In this document: positions 12,901 to 23,876 of the stretch, one piece after another
Layout of the letters: every line of letters begins with the position of its first letter
Numbering within the stretch: the stretch's first letter is position 1
DNA from: Zygnema circumcarinatum SAG 698-1b
Lineage: Eukaryota; Plantae; Zygnematophyceae
Assembly (NCBI GenBank): GCA_037447605.1
Contig: CM074808.1
Location: forward strand, 186,001-250,000
Reading direction: 5' to 3'
DNA length: 64,000 nt
Position numbers and translations under genes: made by a program
The notes under the pieces: model-generated
Databases searched by the model: none
The model's input: the letters and a program-made list of their open reading frames with translations, nothing else
Told to the model about the DNA's origin: nothing

Positions 12901-15042
12901 TAAAAAGGATTGCAAATGCGTAAAAATGAGGCAAAAGGAAAGAAGGCCGGGTTGGAAGAGAGAAAAGAATGAAATAAATCTTTAAGAAAAGGATTCAATT
13001 TTGTAACCCTTTTCTCAGCAGAGATATCCTCTGCAATGCTCTCAACCGTACCTTTCTTGGTTGACCCCCTGCAGGAGGCGAGTGCGGGATTCCTGCTCTG
13101 AAGCGGTTCCTCGGCCCTCCTCCCTTCACTCCGGAGGACCCCAAAGCCATCTCCCTTCCGGACACTCCGTGGTACTCCATCGACATCGGACCCATCCACT
13201 ACCTCCAATACTCCTCCGAGCATCCCGTCGTTTTTGGAACTCCTCAGTACTCGTAAGTACAGAGAGGGAGGGAGAAGAGTTGAGTTCAGGGATATTTCTT
13301 TGCAAGTGATTGTTTTCGGACTTGAAGGGCACGTGAACGTTCTTGGAGATGTTGCTTTTTTTTTTTCTGTCTCGACATCGTTGAAACCTGTCTCCGTCTC
13401 CCCTTCACCCTCTCATGCCTCCTCTTTTCCCCCTCACATTCTTGTTTTCTGCTTCCCCACTTTTCTCTTTTTCTATTATCCCCGTATACTCATTCACGTG
13501 ATGTCAATTCCACCTTCTATAACCTATCCATGAGCGATTGCTCCTCCCCCCCCCCTATATTCAGCCCTATTCTATCCGTCCCTTCTCTTATTTACGCTTA
13601 TGTTAGTTTCTTTTTTCCAGATTTGTGAAGAATGATTTGGAGAACGTGGACCGTTCGAAGACACCCTTTGTGGTAGTGGGAGGCCACCGACCTATGCATA
13701 TCTCTTCTCTCGACGGAATCGACCCCACTTCAAATCTCGTTGTGGGGCAAGAGACGCTCGTGGCTTGGGAAGATATCTTCTTCAAAAACGAGGTATAAAC
13801 CCTAAATAACACTCACAAATGGATTCAAATCCTAAATTGTTTGGAAAAGTTTTAACCGTGAAGGAGTGTTGGGAGGGGGATGGGATAGAGAGGGGGAGAG
13901 AGTGAGTTCTCGAACTTCAATGAAACCGTTCTTTACCTACTCTTGTCAATGTTCCTCCAGTCCTCTTCCCTACTACCTTCTCTCCATCATTTTCCTCTAT
14001 CGAATTCCCTCCCTCCCCATCCCTTTACTCCCCCTCTCGTCCCTCCCTCCCTCCCCCCTCCCTTCCCCCCTGCTCTCCTTCCCCCTTCCCTTGCATTCTG
14101 CACCTTCTCACTCCCTCCCTCCCTCCTCCCGCCTTCCCTCCACCCTTCCCCCCTCCCCCTCTCCTCCCCCTCCTCCCGCTCCCCCCGCCCTCCCCCGTCA
14201 CTCCTTCCCTCCCTAACATCTCTTCCTCAACATATCTCCCTCCCTCCCTCCCTCCCTCCCTCCCTCCCTCCCAGGTGGACCTGGTCCTGCACGGGCACCA
14301 CCACAGCTACCAGCGCACCCACCCCGTGTACAAGCGCAACATCACTGAGGGCGCGCCCGTGTACGTTGTGGCGGGAAACGCGGGCTTCCAACTCACTCTC
14401 TACGTGCAGCCCTCCCCGCCGGACTACTTCCACAACGTGCAGCTCAAGCACGGCTTCCTCAACATCACAGCCACCAAGACGAGCCTCACGTGCACCGTAA
14501 GGCGCTCTCCCTCTCCCTCTGCCTCTCCCTCACTCTCTCTTTCTCCCTGATTCTCTCTCTCTCTCTCTCTAGCTCTCTCTCTCGCTCTCTCTCTCTTCAC
14601 CATGCGTTTCTGAGTTTTTTCTAATCCTTGGTGTTTTCTTCAGTACTATTAATGGCTTTCTTAGCTTTTTTTCCTAACACGATTCCTTTGTGTCTTTTTG
14701 TGGTCTTCTTGGACTGACAGTGTATTGCAACTTCTTGTTTTGTTTCATTTCTTGTCTGTTGATATGCAGTGCTTGGGATACAAGAAGGAGGTGATCGACA
14801 CCTTCACTCTCACCAAGCCCATGAACTACCAGCCCAACCCGGCGGCCCGGCAGCAGATTATCACAGAGAAGGCGAGTCTGAGCGATCAGTACGATACAAA
14901 GCTTCTGTCCAACTTCTCGTTCGGCGACCTCGGGAGTTTCTTCGGCAAATATTTCAACACCTCGGCTATTCCGTACGCTCTGCAAGTTATGGCGGTAGGT
15001 CCACCAATCCCGTGTTCCTGCTCTCACTCCCTCCCCACCCCC

Positions 15043-15073
<31 letters not shown>

Positions 15074-15734
15074 CCACTCTTCTCTTCTCTCTTCTTTCTC
15101 CCCTTCCTCACTCTGTGTTATATGTAACGATGATATGGGAAGAGAAGCATAGGGACGACTTGAGGCGAGCGGGGAGAGGGAAGAAAGGAGGGAGGGAGGG
15201 AGGGGAAGGGGGAGGACAGTGGGCGGACCCTATTCCCTGAATCGTAATTCTATTCGTCTGCCTCCTGCCCTTCCTTCCTCTCTTCCTCCTCCCTCACCTC
15301 CCTCTCTTCCTCCCTCCCTCACCTACCCCTCCCTTCCTCCCTCCCTCACCCACCCACCCCTCCCTTCCTCGCTCACCTCCCCCCCCGCCCCCCCTTCCTC
15401 ACTCCCTCCCTCGCCTTTCCATCCATTCCTCCCTCATTTCCTCCCTTCCTCCCTTCCTCCCTCACCTCCCCCCCCGCCCTCCCTCCCTCCCTCCCTCCCT
15501 CCTTCCCTCCAGGTAACGCGACCTAACGGGGCCCAGCTGGTGAACGAAGTGCTGACTGCCTCTGTGGACGACCCCGACACGCTCGAGGACAACCTCGCCG
15601 TGTTTGACTTCTTCGTCAACTTCCTCTTCCCTCTCGGCAGCGCGAGCAACCCCCTCAAGGACTCGGACCCCAACTACGAGTTCACGTTGGGAACGCTGCA
15701 GCGGATGGTGGCGTACTTGAAAACCCTAAGCTAG
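9991..15734 (+). CDS. Secreted purple acid phosphatase (nucleotide pyrophosphatase/phosphodiesterase-like PAP)
   Basis: Signal peptide MARAMAAAVLVALLAAAVVPTAMG. Exons 9991-10119, 10308-10477, 10863-11048, 11333-11561, 11902-12070, 12429-12612, 12748-12899, 13075-13252, 13621-13792, 14275-14496, 14770-14994, 15513-15734. All five PAP metal-binding motifs are present: DYG, GDISY, GNHE, VGGH, GHHH. Also WRDPG and GGECG, typical of the NPP-type subgroup. Confidence 0.9.
10480..10762 (+). repeat. (GAGG)n/(GA)n polypurine tract filling PAP intron 2
   Basis: Contiguous G/A-only sequence. Confidence 0.95.
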
Positions 15735-16320
15735 GCATTTTCCGAAAGGCCCACAACAGGTTTTCAGTTTTCGTTGGGGTTTTGGATCAGAAAACAGGGA
15801 GCGGTGGAGTGTGTTGCAGGAGAGGATTGGTGAGAGTAGTGTAGAGGGAGGTAGAGATCTAATAAGGCTCCGGATGTCAGGGTGTGTATTGATCTTGTTC
15901 GTCCATTTTGTCAAAGGGACGGCTGTAATGATCTGCACTGCTTAAAATTTTGGACGTTCATATTTTTTGTGAGAGAGTATTCGCGGTGTGCTGAGAGGGA
16001 GAGGGAGAGGGAGAGGGAGGGGGAGGGAGTTGATATTTATTTTATGGCGTTATTTGCTTTGTATATGGTCAGAGAAAGCGAAGGAGAGGGAAAAAGGGGG
16101 GAAGGGGAGGAGGGGAATATTTTCTCCATTGCCAAGCTCCATACTCGACATAAAACTGTCCCTGTAAAAGTCCTATATTGTACAGACTATCCTGTATCAA
16201 GTGACAAAAATGCATGGGAATATGAATCTGCGAGGAAAACTGAACTGAACGGACGAAAAACCACTTCGAAACTTGTCCAAACGTCTAGCACAGACAATCT
16301 GATGATGTCCCAAAGCTAAC

Positions 16321-19300
16321 TCATTCATCCCCATCGTCCCATTGGTCGCCCTCCCCGTCATCGTCCACATCATGGTCCTTTATTTTCACATCCGCATCCT
16401 CCCCAAACTGAATGGCGTTGTCTACCATAGAGAGGACGTAGTTGATGCTGCACGGACCGAGGGGTGGAGGGTCTAGAGGTTAGGTCGTAGGATTTCAAGC
16501 TTTTGAGGGTTTATGGCTGGGTAGGAAGGATTAAAGAGTTAGGGTTTGAAATGTATACAAGGGTTCAATTGCTGAACGAATAGATGGTGCCTATCAGGGT
16601 GAGGGTGATGGTGATAGGGAAGGGTTTGAGAAGGGGAGGGAGAGACAAAGGGAGGGTGGGAGGGAGAGGGTGAGAGAGACCTGTCTTCATCTCTAATGTT
16701 GAGAGGAATGAAGTTCACCATGCTGTAATCGTCTATCTGCCGGACACGCTCAAACACACAGATGAATGAGAGAAGCCATTGATATTACATAGAGGTGAAG
16801 CGAGATGGGGAGAGAAAGTGGGATAGGGGGTAGTAACGAGAGGGAAAAAGAGTGGAACGGGGAGAGGGAGAGGGAGGAGGAAAGAAAAGGAAGGCAGAGA
16901 GGTGGTCAGAGAAAGTCGAGAGCGAGATAGAGTAGACAGAAAGGGCGGTGGAGGGGAAAGGGAGGAGATGAGGATGAGAAGAGGATAAGGGAGTGGGAGA
17001 AGGAAATGAGGGAGGAGAATGAGGGGAGACGGGAGAGAGAGCCGGAGAGTGAGGAAGTCGAAAGAATATTTTTTTTACCAAGTGCGCAATAGCGTGATTT
17101 AGTTTCCTGTAACGTGGAGGCATTCGCTCGTTCAAATCGGCCAATAGCAGGCGGACATCTGGGTCTAGAAATCTGAAAAAAGGAAAAAAAAAAGCATCAG
17201 AGAAGGATTCAAAATCAGTTAAAGATTAACTTGTACGCAACTTTGGTTATTTGAGGGTTCTTTACACTTAGGGGTTTTGAGTTTTTTCTAAGGGTTTTCT
17301 TGCAAGAAATGATCAGCTTCAGGTTTAAGTAAGAAGAGATATCTGTTCACAGCTTTCAAGGAATCTGGACTTTATTCAGTTCAAATTCGTTTGCAAATTA
17401 GAGTTGGAACAGAAGTTAGGAAGTCGACTCTCACTTCTCTATGTCCTTTTTGTTCCCCAAAAGGTCCATTTTTGTGAGCACATTCACATGAGGGAGCTCC
17501 AATTGGATCATCGCTGAGAGGGAGGAGAGACACCCACTAATGAACTTTGTGACATCCGTCACGAACTGCAAAAAATAAACAAAAACCCAAGAAACCAAGA
17601 AAAAGAAACACGAGGATCAGCAAGATTTGAAAGAATGTTCAGATGTTTCTATGTAGAGTCCCTTCACAGTTTTGGGGTTGTTTGGGGTTCAGAACTGAAC
17701 CTGCGAATCGAGCATGTAAACGGCGCAAACGTGAAAGTCCCATTGCCGAAGTTGGTCCACAAATGTTCGCATGACCGGGACATGAGAGTAGAGCTCGATT
17801 TGCCCTGAAAAGTAAATAAATAAATAAATAATTTGAAGAAAAAAATCCGAAATTTAGGCGCAGGGATTCCGCATATTCAAATTGAACGAAATCACTGCAT
17901 TCTACTTCATTCTATTTGAGTACTTCTCCACCAGCTAGCTTCTTCCCACATTTTTTCATAAGAAAAATTACAGATTTCGGGTGCTCACCGGGACAGTCAA
18001 AAACCAAGTAATCGTCATCGGTGTAGTCGTCAAGCTGCTGCTGAAACCAACTGTCCAAATTTTCCTCCAAATACCTTCCAAGTCAAGGCGCTCCACAAAC
18101 CCTAAAATCCAAAACAGTGTCTAAAAGGGGATGGAAGCTGAACCCTGCCATGCAACATCACTGACAACCCAAGGTTTCTGAAGCCTTAAAAAGCAGAATG
18201 GCACCAAAAAGTAGAAGTCTTACAAGCTGGAATAAACCTTCTCCCCTTTATTCCATGACATACCCTTCAACAGTGTTCAGTTCAATTGCTCAGATTTAGG
18301 TTCTGAGTTCACTTCAGCTCAGCTCAGCTCAGCTCAGTTCAGTTCAGTTCAGTTCAGTTTAGTTCAGTTCAGTTCAGAAGAGTTTCTAAATTCAGCTCAA
18401 CTTTAGTTCACCTCGGTCCAACGCAGTTTCCAAATCAATTCCTCAGTTCAATTCAATTCAGTTCCAGTCCCAAACTTTCGCTCAGTTCAGTTCGACGGAT
18501 ACTCCATGCAGTATATGAGTCCTCCGTTTGGCCCAAGTTTCAGCTCTTCCATCACATCCTCCAAAGCGATCAACTCTCTGATGTCTGCAAAATGTGCGGC
18601 AGAGAAAGAAGGGCTTGCCATGGCTTTCAAGCTGAGCCACATGTGCATGGGAGCAAGAGACCAAAACAGCTCAAGTTCGTGGGGGTCAATGGCACCACAC
18701 AGACTAGAGAGAGATTAAAACAAAGCTCAATTGAATTAATATCACTTCGCGAAGGTAAAAACAATCAAAGGGGAAGGATAAATGTACATGCGTAGCTATG
18801 TCTATATCTAAATATATTCCACCTACATCTCTCTATCTCTCCCTATTTCGCCCGCCTCTCTATCACCGGCTATCTCTCTCTCGCCCTCTCTACTCTCTCC
18901 GCCACTATGCCCCTCTCTGCTTCCCCTTGTCCCTCTCTCCCTCTCTTTCCCTCTCCCTCCCTCCCTCCCCTTCCCCTTGTCCCTCTCTCCCTCCCTTTCC
19001 CCCTGTCTCTCGCTCCTTCTCTTTCCCTCACCCTCCCTCCCCTTCCCCCTGTCCCTCTCTCCCTCCCTTTCCCTCTCCCTCCCTCCCCTTCCCCCTGTCC
19101 CTCTCTCCCACTCTTTCCCTCTCCCTCCCTCCCCTTCCGCCTGTCCTTTTCTCCCTCTCTCTCCCTCTCCCTCCCTCCCCATCCGCATGTCTGTGTCTGC
19201 AACGTACCGAGCGACACCGAGTACTCAAAGTGCTCCGCCGCCGGGTCCAAATTGACCATGTGCAATGTGCGCCCGAGGCTCTCGCAGTGCTGCTGCAGAG

Positions 19301-19792
19301 TGGCGCAGTACGTGGACTGCAAGAATTTCCAGAATTCCAAGTTTTTAGGGTTTCAGGGTTTAGGATTTTTCCAAAATATCCATGGTTCAAAGGTTTTAGG
19401 GTTCAAACACGTTCAGGACATAGTGTTTGAGATCTCAAAATTGCGATGAGAAACAACATGTTTCGTCGATTGAAGAGTGAATTCAGAAATTTGCAGATCA
19501 TTAGGGTTCAAAGGTTCAGGGTTCAAGGTTTAGGGTTCAAGGTTTAGGGTTCAAGGTTGAGGGTTCAAGGTAGAGGGTTCAAGGTAGAGCGTTCAAGGTT
19601 TAGGGTTCAAGGTTGAGGGTTCAAGGTTGAGGGGTTCAAGGTTGAAGGTTCAAGGTTTTGGGTTCAAGGTTGGGGGGTTCAAGGTTTAGAGTTCAAGGTT
19701 GGGGGTTTAGGGTTTAGGGTTCAGGGTTCCGGAGGAATTTCCACCTTCCCGCTCCCTGCGGGCCCGATGACGAGCTGCGCGTACCGCACCAT
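16321..19792 (-). CDS. GPN3: GPN-loop GTPase 3 (RNA polymerase II biogenesis/import)
   Basis: Exons 19792-19745, 19316-19208, 18584-18503, 18074-17989, 17804-17701, 17565-17435, 17172-17079, 16736-16681, 16447-16321. Motifs: [39 protein letters not shown] (GPN loop), [26 protein letters not shown]. Confidence 0.95.
18295..18495 (+). repeat. (CAGTT/CAGCT)n pentanucleotide array in GPN3 intron 3
   Basis: cagctcagctcagctcagttcagttcagttcag... Confidence 0.9.
19501..19725 (+). repeat. 14-bp tandem repeat (GGGTTCAAGGTTKA)n, a dimer of telomere-like heptamers, in GPN3 intron 1
   Basis: gggttcaaggttta / gggttcaaggttga units repeated more than 10 times. Confidence 0.9.
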
Positions 19793-20465
19793 GGCGGCCG
19801 AGTGCCACGTATCGCCAGCAGCGTGCACAGCAACTTCAGCCGTCCTCCTGCCACGTGGCAGTACGCGTCGGCATCCCTCCAGTTGCCACCTGGCAGGCCC
19901 TCTCCTCTCCTCACCTCTACTCTCCTCTCTCTCCCTCGACCTGTACAAGACCAGGCCCAAGGAAACATGTGCCACGTAGGCAATAAAAACTGCAACAATG
20001 ACGGTACGGGATTGGTCCACTTCACGGCGTGCAGGCGCACCCCTGGAAGTTATTTCCACACCCCAGGCCACGTCGACCAACCGCAAGCCACATTTAGCCA
20101 AAGCGGTGCTCGTAACGAAACGCCTCGTAGGGCGGGCGGGAGGGCGGACATTTTGTCGTATGCGGCCTGTGGCAACAGCAGACATATCGTATTGAGGGAT
20201 ATATTGGAAACCCATACCTGCAATATGCGTTACAATTGTCACGGTACGGTCATCAAAGTGTACGGTCAATCCGCAAAACTGCCGACTGTCCGGTTCCATG
20301 TGACAGCTAGCGTGTCCCGTGGTCTCAAATTCGCGTTCCTGACTCTCGAACATGTTTAACAGGTAGTTCTACAAGATGTAAAACTGTGTCGTTCAAATTT
20401 CAGCCAATTAGGGTCACCCTCCTCCCCGGAAATCGCGATGCTAAATTTGGCCAATGATCACGCGC

Positions 20466-20482
20466 CACGTGTCGTCTTATCC
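20466..20482 (+). promoter_or_regulatory. G-box (CACGTG) plus adjacent I-box (CTTATCC) upstream of ATPG
   Basis: gcCACGTGtcgtCTTATCC about 320 bp before the ATG, flanked by CCAAT boxes (~20403, 20451, 20549). Confidence 0.5.
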
Positions 20483-20795
20483 GAACCGCCTTTTTGCTTT
20501 GAGCCACAGGCCGAAGCTCCAAGCCTGACCGGCCACCAGGACCGACCGCCAATCAGGTGAGCCCGTCACATGTGCAATACCTCAGCACGGTCGATTACAT
20601 GTGCAACAAATCGTCTCCGTCCGTTCGCAGCCGCATCTGGGAGCGCCTGGAGCCGTTCCCACGGGCTACCTTTCCAGCCGCCATAGTTCCTTCTCTGCGA
20701 GCTTCTCTTTTCTCTAAGCGCCTTCCTCCTCCTGCTTGCAACAAGGGAAGCTGCCCTGTTTGCTTATCTCGAACGCTGCTTATTGACTGATAGCA

Positions 20796-22213
20796 ATGGC
20801 AACTATCCGTGCCGTGGCCGCCATGGCTTCCTTGAACGGTCAGGTTCAGCAGATCGGCCGGTCAGCATTCGCTGGAAAGGAGGTGGTCGCCACACAGAGG
20901 CTGCCCTGCATGGTGGCTGTGTCGAGGTCTGTCGTGGAGGCAAGGCAGGGAGAGATCCAGAGGCGGTCGGCTGAGGCCGTCAAGAGCCTGGTTGGCGAGG
21001 AGGGCGTGAGGAAGCTGCAGCAGCTCTCTTTCGTGGCGATGAACGCGATGCTGGCGATGCCTGCATTGGCCGAGGAGAAGGGAAAGATTTTTGACTTCAA
21101 CTTGACCCTCCCTATCATCGCCGCCCAGTTTTTGTTGCTTATGGTTGCTTTGGACAACATCTGGTTCAAGCCTGTGGCAAAGGTCATGGACACACGTGAC
21201 GAGGAAATCAGGAAGAAGTTGGTGGGAGTGAGGGATAACTCGTCGGAGATCAAATCTCTCCAGGCTGAGGCAGAGGCAGTCATCAGGGCTGCGCGGGCTG
21301 AGACAGGGGCTGCTCTCTCCAAAATGAAGAAGGAGGTATGTTGAGCCTACAACCCCTTCCTTCAACTCCCTCATGTTTCGGAGCTCTTGTCGGTTTTTTA
21401 ACGTGTCAGTCTTGGCTTCACTCTGTTGTTATACCCTTGGAAGGGTCTGAATGTCCGTGGTTTCGTTGTTCGGATGATCACCGTCGTCCACCTTCCTGTC
21501 TAATGGGATGCCGGTTTCTGGTCCATTTGCATTTAAGTTTTTTTTCTGCAGTCGCAGTCAGTTCAATATACCACTTATCATTTTTAAGACGAATGCATAT
21601 CGCGTTTGGCTCCTCTTTCTGTTCAACTTGATAATAGAAGTACTCGAACCCCTACTGAACCTTACTTTCTTTATCGCTACTACCGATGTGCTTGTTCAGT
21701 TCGCTGGTTGTGCTTACGACCATCACTGTTTCTGTGACGTTGTCTGATCTTTCCTTTCAGTTGATAGACATGGAGGATCTTTTACTGCATCTGGTTATGC
21801 TCTTTTACACTCAGTCATTGGTGACCTTTCGTAACTGCTCAGATCGTACAGTCATCATATCAGTCTATTCAATCATGTCATCATGACTATTTGTGCATCC
21901 TTTCGATATTTGGAGACCATCACTAGTTTTGGTATTGTGGTCCCACCTCCGCGCGTTGATCTTCTTACAGCCTTTTTTCGAGGACATCGGTCACGGCGAT
22001 CTTGACTCTTTCATTTATCTTGCTTTTGTAATGCAGACTGCTGCGGAGTTGGACGCGAAGTTGCAGGCCGTGAGGTCGCGCATTGAGAAGGAGTTGGCAG
22101 ATGCGATCAAGAACTTGGAAGAGCAGAAGGAATCCACAATGAAGAACTTGGACGCGCAGGTGCAGACCCTGAGCGAGGAGATCGTCCGCAAATTGATCCC
22201 ATTCAAGGCTTAA
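20796..22213 (+). CDS. ATPG: Chloroplast ATP synthase CF0 subunit b' (subunit II) precursor, nuclear-encoded
   Basis: Exons 20796-21335 and 22037-22213(TAA). Transit peptide followed by PALAEEKGKIFDFNLTLPIIAAQFLLLMVALDNIWFKPVAKVMDTRDEEIR and a coiled-coil C-terminus ending EEIVRKLIP. Confidence 0.95.
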
Positions 22214-23394
22214 GTATTGAAAAGAGGTAGAAAGTGTAGAGAATCCGGCTAGCCACCGTTAGGAAATTGCTCTGAATGATGTTTTGAATATTGCTGCTCT
22301 TAAGGAGCGAATGTTCCTCTGCCTACGGTAGCTGAGGTGATCTGGAGGGTGATTTTTTTTCTCCTGCAAAATTGCAGCGGGCAATCCCTCCCTGCCAATG
22401 TATACAATCAGAGCCGCTTGTTTGTCGCGTAATCACACCCTTCAGGTATACAATTAGGTAAGCAGAAATAGGAAGGGCGATTTGCAGACTGGATACGCTG
22501 TCTGCGAATGGCTGCCATTATGGCCACGCATTTCAGTATTCTGGAATGGTCTCTTCTTATGTGGAGAAATCTGGTGAGTTTTGTCAGGTCTTAAACCAAA
22601 GTTAGATCCAGCGGCCCTCGTTTCGCACCATTCTTTGCTCGGACCTTCATGGTCGACCATTGTCGTGTGATTGGGAATTGTGGTAAGGCAATGTAATCCG
22701 CTGCAGACGCCATGTCAGTGAAAAAGGGTATGGTGTGGTCCATAGCTTAACTATATGCATACGTGAAGTTTAATGCAAGCCCTTTGAAACGCAGAGCCAA
22801 CGGTAACATCACATCGATCCATCCCTTTGTGATTCGATTGGTCATTCAAGGATGGAAAAATGTTGAACTTGTGATTGTGGATTGAGGTAATCTTGATTTA
22901 CTTAGGAATGGCACAAACCCTAATAACCAAATGTGAAATTGACTCATTCTTACTGTGCAAGAGCTGCTGAAGAGCGGCATGCAGACACTCAAGCATGCCC
23001 GATAACATACTGTATCATGTGTAGAAGCAAGGCCACTACATGGCAAGGTTCGAGGAGCGAACCCGAAACTCTTTGTATCGCACATTTCTCGTGAAATTCT
23101 GTAGGCTCTTGCTCCTGGAAAACGCAATCCTTTCCAGTTCTAAGGCGTGAATAGAAGCACCGTAACTTGCGCTTGACGAGAAACCACGAGCAACTGTTGA
23201 CAACGCAAGACGCTACCTGTAATTGTTTTAGGGCTACCGAAGTAGGTTGTGAAAAAGCCATTCAATAGAACAAGAAACAGAACCAGTACTCCTCACTGAA
23301 GACCAGTGACCTGAACAGAACGGCACTATACCGATTTCGAATGTGAATTTGAAACTCGAGGACTGGAACCCGTATTGCCCGGTACCCTACCCTT

Positions 23395-23480
23395 GACACC
23401 GATACCGTTACAGTTACCGATACCAGTATCAATTCTGATACCGATACCGATACTGACACCGATACCAATACCAATACTTA
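23395..23480 (+). repeat. Degenerate (GATACC)n hexamer array
   Basis: gataccgataccgatactgacaccgataccaatacc... Confidence 0.8.
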
Positions 23481-23876
23481 AACCGATGCCATACGATATT
23501 TTTATGGCAAAATATATTCTACTTTTATTTTTCCGATAAAGCAAAGCTAGCAAAGCCCTGAACCCTAGCTAGCGACTCCTGCATCTCCCTGCTCCACCCT
23601 GAATCCTTGGAACTCTGCTAGAGAGAGAGAGCGAGAGGAAGAGAGAGAGAGCGAGATAGCGAGAAGGAGAGCGAGATAGCGAGAAGGAGAGCGAGCATGG
23701 CGTCGTCCGCGTGACCCCGCCATGGCTGCCGCGCTCAAAGACGGAGCAAGAAGGTTCCATGTGAGTGTCTGCCCGCGCAGTACAACGGAACGGCGGCCGG
23801 TTTCTTGCAGTAAACCTGCAGTTTTTTGGGCGTAAGGAAGAGGGAGGCCCCCTTGTTTGGAGACCAAGCTGCAGCC

